This document shows positions 28,756 to 39,082 of a stretch of DNA of 64,000 bases, one piece after another (within the stretch, counting starts at the first letter, position 1; each line of letters begins with the position of its first letter). Both the position numbers and the translations under genes were made by a program. The notes beneath the pieces were generated by a model, which worked only from the letters and a program-made list of their open reading frames with translations, was not told where the DNA came from and searched no databases. The DNA comes from an archaeon (GTDB taxonomy: Archaea > Nanobdellota > Nanobdellia > Woesearchaeales > UBA9642): contig JAGVGF010000002.1 of assembly GCA_020057295.1 (NCBI GenBank), forward strand, positions 1 through 64,000. The letters run 5' to 3'.

Positions 28756-29331
28756 CTACTTCTTCTTATCTCCACCAGCTGCTGGTGCTGGAGTCTTATT
28801 TCTTACAACACCTAGTGAGACCTTACCCTTATTCTTTCTGAAATTAGATTTAGTTCTCTGACCACGTACAGGTTGTCCTAACATGTGTCTAACACCCTTG
28901 TATGATCTTATCTTTTTCATCTTCTTAATATCGTTATCAATTGTAATATCCCAGTCAGTAGTTATTAGATGCATATCCTTTCCAGTCTCTACATCTTTTC
29001 GTCTATTCATCATCCAGTCTGGACAATTATACTTTGCAGGATTTCTAATAACATCTTCAAGCTTTTGTACTTGCTCTTCAGATAATTTACCAGTTATAGT
29101 ATTAGGATCAATTTTTGCTGAGAAACATATGAAATTTGCAAACATGTAACCAATTCCCTTAATTTTCTGTATACCCATTAGAACTTTCTTCTCACCTTTC
29201 AAGTCAGTGTTAACTACTCTAACAATGTGTCTAAAGTCTGCACCATACTTTTCAGCGCCAGCATTAGATGCTTGAGGTCTACCAAATACAGGTTTTCCCA
29301 TAGGTTTTTTTGCTTGTGTCTTTTCATCCAT
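28756..29331 (-). CDS. rps13: 30S ribosomal protein uS13
   Basis: IKGIG, WMMNRRKD..TG, YKGVRH..GQPVRGQRT; likely start 29331. Confidence 0.96.
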   Translation of the reverse strand: MDEKTQAKKPMGKPVFGRPQASNAGAEKYGADFRHIVRVVNTDLKGEKKVLMGIQKIKGIGYMFANFICFSAKIDPNTITGKLSEEQVQKLEDVIRNPAKYNCPDWMMNRRKDVETGKDMHLITTDWDITIDNDIKKMKKIRSYKGVRHMLGQPVRGQRTKSNFRKNKGKVSLGVVRNKTPAPAAGGDKKK

Positions 29332-29533
29332 AATAATCACATTTAATTTTATGTAATAAACCAAAATTTTAGAGAGAAGTTGTATTGAACAATATCATAC
29401 AACCCTAAAATCGCTCCTCTTGAACTCGGGCTTATAGATAATGGGAATTTATATTTATTTATAAAGCATTCGGTTTCTAGTATATATTATATAATCATAA
29501 GATATTAAAACCTACTATGATTCACAAAAATTC

Positions 29534-30364
29534 ATGAAGGAGACATATCTTAAATTTAAATTCAAAGATGTAGATATCAAAGTGTGTGTAACTATTTATG
29601 GAGATTCTGGTAAACAGTTATTGTGTTTACATGGTTTTGGTAGTTCTGGTAAAGATTTTGAAGATTTAGAAAAATACATGCCAGGTTATCAGATAGTTGC
29701 TATTGACTGGATAGGATTTGGTGATAGCAGCAAACCATTAAGAGAGATTGATACTTATGACGAGAAGTATTTAACATCATTCCTAGAACTTTTTATTAAG
29801 AAAGCGGTTCAGAAAAATATTCTACAAAAAAAGTTTAGTATATTAGCAGTTTCAATGTCTGGATTAATGACTGGAATGGTTTATGATAATATAAAGAAAC
29901 ATTTAGAAAAACTTATTTTCTTAAATCCAGCTGGATTTGATAAAGATGTTAGTATGAAATTTTCAATGGTCATGGCCAATCCCTTACTAAAGAGAGAAGC
30001 ATTCATTAAATTAATTACGAAAGATGTGTTTTGGAAAGAATTCTTAGGATTACACGACAGGGATAAAGTACAATTATGGTCTAAAGTAGGAAGTGGAGAG
30101 TTTGAAGTATATCTACGATGTATTAATACATCTATGAGTATGACTGGTTCAATAAAAGATACACATATACATCATAATTATCATGAAATAAAAGTTCCGG
30201 TATTAATGATTGGAAGTTATAGAGATACATTAATTACAGAACAAGAATATTTGCGTAAGGCATCAAAATATGGTTGGGATGTTGTAATAATACATCATTA
30301 TGATCATATGATAATTAGCGAGAAGCCAAAAGAGATTGCAAAAGCAATAACAGATTTCTTATAA
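29534..30364 (+). CDS. alpha/beta hydrolase
   Basis: LHGFG, AIDWIGFGDS, AVSMSG nucleophile elbow. Confidence 0.85.
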   Translation: MKETYLKFKFKDVDIKVCVTIYGDSGKQLLCLHGFGSSGKDFEDLEKYMPGYQIVAIDWIGFGDSSKPLREIDTYDEKYLTSFLELFIKKAVQKNILQKKFSILAVSMSGLMTGMVYDNIKKHLEKLIFLNPAGFDKDVSMKFSMVMANPLLKREAFIKLITKDVFWKEFLGLHDRDKVQLWSKVGSGEFEVYLRCINTSMSMTGSIKDTHIHHNYHEIKVPVLMIGSYRDTLITEQEYLRKASKYGWDVVIIHHYDHMIISEKPKEIAKAITDFL

Positions 30365-30437
30365 ATTACGAATGTACTCCGACAATTCTTAAGATAACTA
30401 TATAAATCCAAATATACTCTTAATTTTAGGTGATATC

Positions 30438-30902
30438 ATGGAAGATAAAACAGCAAAATTAATTGTAAAAATTATCGCGATATTAGGATTCATTTCCGCA
30501 GCATTACTTATTGTGATGGGTGTGTTACTATTTTTGCAACTACAAAGTCCTGGTTGTGTAACCACAGGCGGATCAACAAAATGTATCTCGCAAGATCTTG
30601 CTTCAAAGATTAATACTGAATATATTGTTGGAGGAATATTATTTATCATAGGCGCATTATTTGTAGTATTCGTTAATATAAAATTATGGAACTATAAGAA
30701 TTGGGCTAGAATATTAACTATGGCAGGATGTTTCTTATCGGTTGTATCATCATTTGGAGAAACATGGATTTTTATAGTACTCTCTGTCATATTTAACGGC
30801 GTAATAATATATTTCTTAGGCATAGAACCATCTATAGTTAACTTATTTCAGAAAAAGACAGAAACAAAGAAAGTAAAGCCAAAGAAGACGAAAAAGAAAT
30901 AA
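30438..30902 (+). CDS. hypothetical membrane protein
   Basis: Four TM segments, KNWARI motif, Lys-rich tail. Confidence 0.7.
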   Translation: MEDKTAKLIVKIIAILGFISAALLIVMGVLLFLQLQSPGCVTTGGSTKCISQDLASKINTEYIVGGILFIIGALFVVFVNIKLWNYKNWARILTMAGCFLSVVSSFGETWIFIVLSVIFNGVIIYFLGIEPSIVNLFQKKTETKKVKPKKTKKK

Positions 30903-30962
30903 TTTTTATTTTTTTCTCTACTTTTCAGTAATATTTTTAAATCGTTCTTTGTACCTATTATC

Positions 30963-31799
30963 ATGGGGGTAGAACTTGTAGTTTTAGATTTCGATGGAAA
31001 TTTAACCAATGTAGATATTGAAGCTATCCCATTTGTTGAAAGTTATAAAACAGATTTTTCTAACACGCTTAATATTGAAAGGCCTAAATTAGATTTGATT
31101 TGGGCGCATAAACAATCACTCATAGAATCAAATCCTTCGGCTTATGGATGGACTGTTAATGGAATGATTGTTGCACCAGCATATGCTGACCCATTAATAA
31201 TGTCAAGAACAATTGCAGGAATTCTACTTAAAGATTCAGGAATTACAGACGAATCAATAAGATCAAAAATGTTAGACTCATTCTTTCAAAATAGTTATGG
31301 AAAGCTAGGGATTTCATTTAAAGAAGATGCTGACAGATTCTTATCAGGATTAAAAGAGAATATCGCTTGTTGTGTAATGACTAATTCAAAAACTGATGGT
31401 GTTGTAAAGAAGATTGCAAAATTACCCACAGACCATTCTGACATAGTTGTTTATGGAGATGCAAAGAAGTATCTTGTAACACCGGAATGGGAAGGTGTTG
31501 TTCCTAATTCAATAGAAAAAGATGGTTTTGGAAGACCATTATTTGTACGTAGACAACAATATTGGAATGCACTACATGCACTTATGCAAAAATATCATCT
31601 TCATCCAGAAAATGTTGCAGTAGTAGGAGACATATACGAACTTGATTTATTACTTCCAGAAATGGTCGGAATGCACACTATATTAACGCCACGTGAAAAG
31701 ACACCGGCTTTTGAGATTAATGCTGTTCTACAATCTCGTAAAGGATATGTTGCACAAAGTTTAGACGATGCATTAGACTATTTATTAATAATTAAATAA
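30963..31799 (+). CDS. HAD-family hydrolase
   Basis: LDFDGNLT, MTNS, VVGDIYELD. Confidence 0.85.
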   Translation: MGVELVVLDFDGNLTNVDIEAIPFVESYKTDFSNTLNIERPKLDLIWAHKQSLIESNPSAYGWTVNGMIVAPAYADPLIMSRTIAGILLKDSGITDESIRSKMLDSFFQNSYGKLGISFKEDADRFLSGLKENIACCVMTNSKTDGVVKKIAKLPTDHSDIVVYGDAKKYLVTPEWEGVVPNSIEKDGFGRPLFVRRQQYWNALHALMQKYHLHPENVAVVGDIYELDLLLPEMVGMHTILTPREKTPAFEINAVLQSRKGYVAQSLDDALDYLLIIK

Positions 31800-31814
31800 T
31801 TCTTGTAGAAAGAT

Positions 31815-32240
31815 TTATTTTTCTTTAATACTACTTACATCTTTGATGGTTATCCATGCACATGCATTGCCGAACCCTTCCTTATTGATATTAAAGGGTT
31901 TAATTTTTTGAACATTCTCTAAAAATACTAATATACAATAATTTTTTCCATCATAATAATCCGTATATTCAAGTGAGTTAAATCCTATAGCTCGACCATA
32001 TTTTTGTATGATTGGCATTATCTTCTCTTTATTTAAATCATCAAAGAACAACACATCTTTCACTTTTGCTTTTACAGTAATTGGTTCACCACAATCCTTA
32101 AAATATATTATATCTTCTTTTTTTATATTATGCCAAGGAGTTCTTTTAGTCTTATACCATCGACTTTCTATAGTTTTCTGACCAGAAATAATTTTTTGCA
32201 ATAATCTTCTCTTTTTATCAAGAATAGCTATGTGATCCAT
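31815..32240 (-). CDS. ASCH/PUA-like domain protein
   Basis: IISGQKTIESR (GxKxxExR), DIIYFK. Confidence 0.8.
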   Translation of the reverse strand: MDHIAILDKKRRLLQKIISGQKTIESRWYKTKRTPWHNIKKEDIIYFKDCGEPITVKAKVKDVLFFDDLNKEKIMPIIQKYGRAIGFNSLEYTDYYDGKNYCILVFLENVQKIKPFNINKEGFGNACAWITIKDVSSIKEK

Positions 32241-32275
32241 AAAGCTCAATGTATTAATTTTCAATAATAAACAAG

Positions 32276-32349
32276 GGCGGCCCGCGGGATTTGAACCCGC
32301 CCGAGAAGATCCACAGTCTTCTATGCTGCCAGGCTACATCAGGGCCACC
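32276..32349 (-). tRNA. tRNA-His(GTG) with genomically encoded G-1
   Basis: G-GTGGCCC...GAAGA CT GTG GA TCTTC...GCGGG TTCAAAT CCCGC GGGCCGC C. Confidence 0.92.
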
Positions 32350-32387
32350 ATAATAAAGAAAGAAAATAAAGTTTGTTTAAAAAGGTT

Positions 32388-32582
32388 TTACTTCTTCTGT
32401 AGTAATTTATATTGAAATGTTCCTAATACTATTCCTAAAACTACGAATGCCCATGCAATTGGAATTAGCACTTCTACATTATCTTGTGCTGCAAGTAATA
32501 CTATTACTGCAATCACCATAAACACACCGCCTATTATTCCTGCTAAATCTGTTATTGGATTCCTATTTTTTGCTTCTGCCAT
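32388..32582 (-). CDS. small two-TM membrane protein
   Basis: GGAGGT SD; two hydrophobic helices. Confidence 0.7.
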   Translation of the reverse strand: MAEAKNRNPITDLAGIIGGVFMVIAVIVLLAAQDNVEVLIPIAWAFVVLGIVLGTFQYKLLQKK

Positions 32583-32658
32583 ACTATTACCTCCTAATTA
32601 TGTTATTATGCTTATTATTAATATCAATATTTATATATTTCATCATTTCCAAAGTAAT

Positions 32659-33393
32659 ATGGATAATCTTGATCAAGTAGGACAGCATTACATGATTGAT
32701 AAGAAGTTAATTGAATTTATAGTAGATTCAGCAGATTTGAAAAAGACAGACGTAGTTCTTGAAATTGGTTATGGTAAGGGCGCATTAACAAAAAGTTTAG
32801 TTAAAAAATGTAAAGTCGTAGCGGTCGATATCGAAGAGAATGATTTAGATTTTATAGATTATAAATTAACTATTGTTCACAGTAATATTCTTGATAATTT
32901 TGAAGAATTGAATAAAAAATATCACTTTAATAAAATTGTTTCAAACATTCCTTATAATATTTCAGAACCTTAGATGAGAAAAATATTTAAGACGGAAATA
33001 CAATTGATAGTAATGACTGTTGGTGAAGATTTTGCTCAAGTCTTATCTAATGATAAAAGTCGTGTAGGGATAATTGCAAATTCACTTTATAATTTTAAGA
33101 TACTTAAAATTGTTCCACCAAAAGTTTTCAGACCAATGCCTAGAGTTAATTCTGCTGTTATTTCATTAGACTTAGTTAAATCTAATGCGATTTCAAAAAT
33201 GTATAAACAATTACTTTCTTTAGATGATAAAAAATTAAGAAATGCATTCGAGAAGATTCTTGTTGATAGAACAAAACGTGAAGTCAAAGAGTTAACAACA
33301 ATGCCTTTATTTTTGAAAAAATTTTACGAACTTGACAATAATGAGTTTGTGTTATTAAATAAGTTCATACATCTTCTATGTATGGAAAGATAG
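32659..33393 (+). pseudogene. rsmA: 16S rRNA dimethyladenosine transferase (KsgA/RsmA) interrupted by in-frame TAG at 32971-32973
   Basis: GQHYM, LEIGYGKGALT, SNIPYNIS, F.P.PRVNSA; both halves in the same frame. Confidence 0.8.
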
Positions 33394-33450
33394 TTACTAT
33401 TTAGTAGTTACAATAGTAAACTTTATAAATCTGTGATTTTTTCTTAGAAT

Positions 33451-34236
33451 ATGAACTTAATAAAAGGCACTATGGAAAAATTAGAAGGAAGAGTAGCGGT
33501 TTACTCTAGGTTTATCCCTAATCCTAATGGTGATTGTAAAGATTGTAATCCTATTTTTTCCAATAGAGTTTTAGCGATGTATGGTTCAGAAAGTATTACA
33601 GAAATATCTGACATTTTAGGAACTCCTAAAGAATTTCTAAACAAGATGATGAGCGATGATGATCAATTAAAAGATTTACTAGGCAGTTCTAAAGAAGGAA
33701 GAAACATTTATGTTTCACCAATCGTTGCAACAGTGGAAGATCATGTTAAATCATACTCTGGTGATATCATATTATCAGGAAGTTTCAGTTGTCCAATAAA
33801 ATGTATTAAAGCAAATATGATGAATATGGAATTATACGAGATGCATTATGACGAGCAAGTGAGTAGATCAACAGGAATTAATGTTCAACACGCAAAAGAG
33901 CATAAAGGTACAAGAGTTTTATACGATAGAAAAATTCCTTCTCTAGAATTAAGAAATATTTTAATGAACGAATATATTATACCTTTATTAGATGCTTCAA
34001 CTAGTGGAGAAAAAGCGTATTTTGATGATGTTAGAAGTGGATTAATATTATTCAGTCAAGGTTCAGATTTCAAACCAGATGTTAGAGCATTATGCGAATG
34101 GATAGAATTAGCTAAGAAAAATATGAATCCTAAAGTAGTAGAATGTTATATTGACAAAATGGTTGCAATACATACTGAAGAATATTTAGTCGCAAAACAG
34201 AAAGATGATGCTATAAAAGCATTACTAAAAGTATAA
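33451..34236 (+). CDS. hypothetical protein with C-terminal UVR-like motif
   Basis: Ends MVAIHTEEYLVAKQKDDAIK; Cys pairs CKDC and CPIKC. Confidence 0.6.
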   Translation: MNLIKGTMEKLEGRVAVYSRFIPNPNGDCKDCNPIFSNRVLAMYGSESITEISDILGTPKEFLNKMMSDDDQLKDLLGSSKEGRNIYVSPIVATVEDHVKSYSGDIILSGSFSCPIKCIKANMMNMELYEMHYDEQVSRSTGINVQHAKEHKGTRVLYDRKIPSLELRNILMNEYIIPLLDASTSGEKAYFDDVRSGLILFSQGSDFKPDVRALCEWIELAKKNMNPKVVECYIDKMVAIHTEEYLVAKQKDDAIKALLKV

Positions 34237-34237
34237 A

Positions 34238-35452
34238 TTATTTCATTTTGAGAATTTCTTTAGTCTTTTCTACGAATATTTTAGCTTCCTCTTCTGTATT
34301 ATACAAATAAAATGAAGCACGTGCACTTCCATCAATTTTATTATCATTAAACCATGAATGTACACAATGTCTTCCAGATCTAATCATTATGTTTGCATAC
34401 GAGTCAAGCAACAATGCTACTTCATGATGGTCCATCTTATTTTTTGCATTAAATGAAAATATTCCTGATCTAAGTTTCGGATCTTGTGGTCCTAAAATGT
34501 TCACGTGAGTATTTAATCCTTCAGTAATTATCTTGTTAAGTTTTAATTCATGAACGTGTATATCATCAATATATTTCTTTAAATATTCTACTGCTGCTCC
34601 AAGTCCTATAAAACCTGCATAGTCTTGCAATCCTGCTTCGTAACGTTCTGGTAATTGTGTAAATGTTGCACCATCATATGTTGTATCATCAACAGTACTT
34701 CCACCAGTAATAAATGGATCTAATCTATTCAAAAGTTCTTCTCTACCATATAATACTCCAGTACCGCTCGGACCGAGCATTTTATGACCAGAAAATGCTA
34801 AGAAGTCTACATCTAATTTTTTCACATCAACAGATTTATGCGGAACACCTTGTGCAGCATCAAGCATTACAACAGCATCATATTTACGTGCAATATTAAC
34901 AATTTCTTTTAACGGAATACTTGTACCATCCATATTACTAGTTTGTACCATTGACACAAATGAACGATTACTATTAGATTTAGCATGTTTTAATACATGT
35001 TCAAAATGTTGCAAGTCAAAACCTTCTTTAGTACTGATTCTTTCTCTACGTAAACCTTGTTGTCTCGCGACTAGTTGCCACGGTATAAGATTAGAATTAT
35101 GTTCCTTATCTGTAGATATTATTACATCACCTTTATGAAATTTAAAAGATTTAGCAACAAGATTAATACCCTCCGTAGTATTTTTCGTAAATATTATTTC
35201 CTTATCAGATTTTGCGTTAATAAATTTTCTAATGATAGAACGTGATTTACTAAATTCTTCAGTAGCCATTTTACTAAGTTTATGATGACTTCTTCCAGCA
35301 CATGCAGGATAATTATAATAATACTCATTCATCTTTTCAATGACTTGTCTAGGTCTTAAAGTCATACAAGCATTATCAAAATATATTATTGGCTTGCCAT
35401 TTAAGCCATTCTTTAGAATCGGAAAATCTTCACGCACTTTTAAAACATTCAT
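34238..35452 (-). CDS. SufS/CsdA-family cysteine desulfurase
   Basis: YFDNA, EHNSNL.PW, DAAQ, SGHKMLGP, RSGRHC, RASFYLYN. Confidence 0.92.
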   Translation of the reverse strand: MNVLKVREDFPILKNGLNGKPIIYFDNACMTLRPRQVIEKMNEYYYNYPACAGRSHHKLSKMATEEFSKSRSIIRKFINAKSDKEIIFTKNTTEGINLVAKSFKFHKGDVIISTDKEHNSNLIPWQLVARQQGLRRERISTKEGFDLQHFEHVLKHAKSNSNRSFVSMVQTSNMDGTSIPLKEIVNIARKYDAVVMLDAAQGVPHKSVDVKKLDVDFLAFSGHKMLGPSGTGVLYGREELLNRLDPFITGGSTVDDTTYDGATFTQLPERYEAGLQDYAGFIGLGAAVEYLKKYIDDIHVHELKLNKIITEGLNTHVNILGPQDPKLRSGIFSFNAKNKMDHHEVALLLDSYANIMIRSGRHCVHSWFNDNKIDGSARASFYLYNTEEEAKIFVEKTKEILKMK

Positions 35453-35510
35453 AGAATAACATAATTATTAACGATTTATATGTTTTATGGAATATACTGA
35501 TTAGAAAAAT

Positions 35511-35891
35511 TTATTTCTTCTTTTTCTCATAATTAGTATATTTTAGCGCCTTACCCTTCGAGAGTTTTAAAGGATATTTCTTTTCAGATATCTTGAGCTT
35601 TTCTTCAGACGCCTTGGACAAATCTACATCCAAAACACGAGCTAGTATTAGTAGAAAATGTAATGTGTCTGCAAGTTCGTAACTTATTTCTTTTCTATTT
35701 GCCGCACTCTTAAGATATTCTTTTATTTCCTCATCAGTTTTGAATCTGAAATGTTCAAGAATCTCACCAGATTCTATAGATAGTGCAATAGATACATCTT
35801 TTGGTGTGTGAAATTTATTCCAATCCCTAACTTTTAAGAATTTATCTAATGTGTCGCTCAATTCTGTTATAGTTGTTTTATTATCATTCAT
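35511..35891 (-). CDS. MazG-like nucleotide pyrophosphohydrolase
   Basis: RDWNKFHTPK, E..E..E, ELAD, KYP. Confidence 0.88.
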   Translation of the reverse strand: MNDNKTTITELSDTLDKFLKVRDWNKFHTPKDVSIALSIESGEILEHFRFKTDEEIKEYLKSAANRKEISYELADTLHFLLILARVLDVDLSKASEEKLKISEKKYPLKLSKGKALKYTNYEKKKK

Positions 35892-35905
35892 TTTCTAGTA
35901 AATAT

Positions 35906-36874
35906 TTATTTCCAGAACTCCCACCAAGAAATTCCAAGTTCTTTGTTTATTATTTTCTTGAATTCTGAATAATCTTTAGCTCCAACTAGTGATTGATTGT
36001 TAATGAAGAATGTTGGTGTGACAGTGATTCCTAGTGCTATGCCTTCACTGTATGTCTGTTCAACTAATGATTTATACTTTCCGCTGTTCAAGCATTCTGA
36101 AAATTGTGTATCATTCAGTCCAAGGTCTTTAGCATATCCTTTCAGATCTTCATCGAATTGTCGTTGTTGATTTGCAAACAAATATTCTCTATACTCCCAA
36201 TATCTTCCTTGATCAAGAGCGCAATGTGCAGCTTCGGTTGCTGGTTCCGCTGTCTCATGAGTTCCTCGAAGCGGAAAATCTTTGTAGATATATAAGATAT
36301 TGTCACCGTATTTTTTTATTAATCTCTTTACTGTAGGTTCTGCAAGTTTTGTGTAATGACACGAGTAGCAACCGTATTCTATAATAACTACTCCTGCCTG
36401 TGGATTACCGATATATGCGCCGTCAGTTATGGTTATGTTTTTTGGAGCAGTAAGTACAGCTCCTATGCTGTGTCCAGGAATTGCACAAATGGATCCTTCA
36501 GTTGTAGTATTTACTGGTTTAGTAGTTCCAAGTGGATCATATATGCAGAAACCACCTTGAGGACCATTACAATTACCATAAACTGCATAATTGTATAATC
36601 CTAATCCCATAAAGTATAATGTAACTAATGTTAATATTAAAAATATCCATGAGAATACTTCAAAATATTTGTAAGCTATTCTTCCAAGCCTTGGAGAAAA
36701 TTTTAGAAAACTTCCACTAATTTGACTTTTTAATCTTATATCGAGGCCAGTATCACACTTTCTTAACGTTATTTTCTTAAAAACACAATTAAATGCTTCC
36801 TTAGCAATAATTCTATATTTTACACTAAATATTCCAAGAATTCCGAATACAATTAATGCTATAATGCAAATCAT
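35906..36874 (-). CDS. membrane-anchored DsbA/thioredoxin-fold protein
   Basis: EYGCYSC, KDFPL, A.EAAHCA.DQG.YW, TPTFFIN. Confidence 0.85.
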   Translation of the reverse strand: MICIIALIVFGILGIFSVKYRIIAKEAFNCVFKKITLRKCDTGLDIRLKSQISGSFLKFSPRLGRIAYKYFEVFSWIFLILTLVTLYFMGLGLYNYAVYGNCNGPQGGFCIYDPLGTTKPVNTTTEGSICAIPGHSIGAVLTAPKNITITDGAYIGNPQAGVVIIEYGCYSCHYTKLAEPTVKRLIKKYGDNILYIYKDFPLRGTHETAEPATEAAHCALDQGRYWEYREYLFANQQRQFDEDLKGYAKDLGLNDTQFSECLNSGKYKSLVEQTYSEGIALGITVTPTFFINNQSLVGAKDYSEFKKIINKELGISWWEFWK

Positions 36875-36952
36875 AATAATTGATTACCTTTATCTATTTA
36901 TTAAATTAATGAAAATATTAAAGAACTAAAATAAAAGAAAAAATAATTGCGT

Positions 36953-38056
36953 TTATACGCCGCATCCTGCCGCATTTGCTGCACCGACACTATCATATCC
37001 AAATCCTGCTCCAGGTGGTGTTGCACTTAATTGTGTTTGACACTCTGCTGGTGCATTATTGAATGCTCCACATATTCCTGCTAAGAAACTTGCTGAATCT
37101 CTTCCAGCATTAGATTGAACACCGTTAATTACTAGTGTTGGACTTCCGCCTACACCATATTTTGTGTTCAATGCTGCATCTGTATCGAATTTAGGGAATT
37201 GACCGCTTAGCCATGATGCCTTATCCTGGAAATTCTTTGTAATACCAAATTCTGTATCAGCTGCAACTTTACATGCATCTAATTTTGTTTTATCAACACC
37301 AGTGCTTGCAATACATGAAGTAATTGCTGAGTCGCTTCCTTGTCCAACGCTATCGTTTAAGAAACATGCTAAATATTTTAAGTATTTATCTGGCTGTTCT
37401 TTTTGTATACAGTATTGATTTAAGTTTTCTTTAACTTCTTTTTCACCGTGCATTGCATAATATACAAATCTTATTTTAAAGTCTACTTTATCACCAAGTG
37501 TTCTTACTGCAGGCAATATTCCTTTTTCAGCTTGAGTACCGAATGGACAGTATGCCATTACAAATAATTCAACAGTTGGTTTATCTGTTTTTGGAACTAC
37601 TGTTGGTTGCTGTGCCGCGGCTGCTGCTGCAGGTTGTACTGGTGCTGTCATATCAATTGCTGAAGGGAATAGTAATGAACCATCCTTAGAAGCATATGAA
37701 TTATATGGTCTACCAGCTACAGTCAAATTAATTTGGTATAATGAACCAGTATCTGTAACACTGTCAACTGTAAAAGTTTGACCTGCTACAGCATTCTTTA
37801 AATATGTTTCAGTCTTAGCTTTAACATCTGATGCACTTAAAGTTTTTCCAGTAACACTTGTACTACCGGAACTGCCGCCAAAGCCGCTAGTTGCTATAGA
37901 TGCTATAAATAATACCAGCAATACTACACTTACTGCTCCTAGAATCCATGTAGCAGTCTGATAAGTCTGATGTTTCCTATGCTGTTCATGTTCAATGTAT
38001 TTATGTTTATGTTCATGCTCATGTTTTGCATGTTTTTCAGAATCTTCTTCACTCAT
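36953..38056 (-). CDS. membrane-anchored DsbA-like protein with His-rich N-terminus
   Basis: LFVMAYCPFG, GVGGSPTLVING; one TM. Confidence 0.8.
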   Translation of the reverse strand: MSEEDSEKHAKHEHEHKHKYIEHEQHRKHQTYQTATWILGAVSVVLLVLFIASIATSGFGGSSGSTSVTGKTLSASDVKAKTETYLKNAVAGQTFTVDSVTDTGSLYQINLTVAGRPYNSYASKDGSLLFPSAIDMTAPVQPAAAAAAQQPTVVPKTDKPTVELFVMAYCPFGTQAEKGILPAVRTLGDKVDFKIRFVYYAMHGEKEVKENLNQYCIQKEQPDKYLKYLACFLNDSVGQGSDSAITSCIASTGVDKTKLDACKVAADTEFGITKNFQDKASWLSGQFPKFDTDAALNTKYGVGGSPTLVINGVQSNAGRDSASFLAGICGAFNNAPAECQTQLSATPPGAGFGYDSVGAANAAGCGV

Positions 38057-38235
38057 ATAAATTCACCCCAAACGCTTATCTCTATAAAGTCAGTATTGTA
38101 AAATAATGCCATACGACCCTTATGTACGAATATTAAAGCTTTATTTATATATTTTGTGAAAATTAGAGTATACATGGGGAGTATCCAAAAATATACCTTG
38201 TTATAGTAAACTTTAAAATATGAATAGTATAAGAT

Positions 38236-39054
38236 GTGTATATGGTTGAAAGTTTTAAGGATTCAATGTTTATGCATACTGTGCGTGCCATAAAATCTAA
38301 TCCGTTAATCTATTCTAAAATTGTATTAGCATACCTTATACTTTTTGTATTAATATTATTTGTTAACAGATTTACTAACTTGTTAATTCCAAATGTTACA
38401 GATTATATTTTATCTAAATTGATTACTTATAATAGTGATATTTTATTAAGAGTCTTATTATTATTACTATACATAATATTTTTTATACTATTAATTATGG
38501 TATATTCATTGTTTACATTAACAATTCTAGGATATGTTAGATCATTAACTGCAAAATATAAGCACGATTTCAGATTATTCAATAAGATGTTTTCATTAAA
38601 TATAGTATTAACACTCTTATTCTTATTACTATTATTTTTTGTAATGCCTGGAGTATTATCTGTAATTAGTACTAATGCATGGCTCACTGGAATAATTGTT
38701 GTAATGATTATAACAATATTTTTATTATATTATATATTCTTCAATTTTGTACAATCATTATTCATCATGGGTTTGCCTTTTAGAGATAATTTACATCATA
38801 GTTCTAGAGCATTAATTAGTAAAGCATATTATGGTGTGTTGCTAGTAACGTTCACAATACTATTAATATATGTAGCAACATATGCGCTATTAGGAGTACT
38901 ATTTGAGTATTATATATCGCAACATTATAACACATTTTTAAATGTGTCAACATATTTATCACTGATATTATTGTCGTTTCTGTTAGCATTCAATAATGTG
39001 TACTTCTATTTTATTACAAAACACAGAGTTGTGAAAAAAATCAAGAAGAGATAA
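38236..39054 (+). CDS. hypothetical multi-TM membrane protein
   Basis: About six hydrophobic helices. Confidence 0.7.
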   Translation: MYMVESFKDSMFMHTVRAIKSNPLIYSKIVLAYLILFVLILFVNRFTNLLIPNVTDYILSKLITYNSDILLRVLLLLLYIIFFILLIMVYSLFTLTILGYVRSLTAKYKHDFRLFNKMFSLNIVLTLLFLLLLFFVMPGVLSVISTNAWLTGIIVVMIITIFLLYYIFFNFVQSLFIMGLPFRDNLHHSSRALISKAYYGVLLVTFTILLIYVATYALLGVLFEYYISQHYNTFLNVSTYLSLILLSFLLAFNNVYFYFITKHRVVKKIKKR

Positions 39055-39082
39055 ATTCTAGAATAATATTACTATACAGATT

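Noticed and set aside
32971-32973. Genome-wide amber (TAG) reassignment
   Set aside because: Several intact genes (msrAB, rps13, T4P ATPase, HD protein) end in TAG at the expected length
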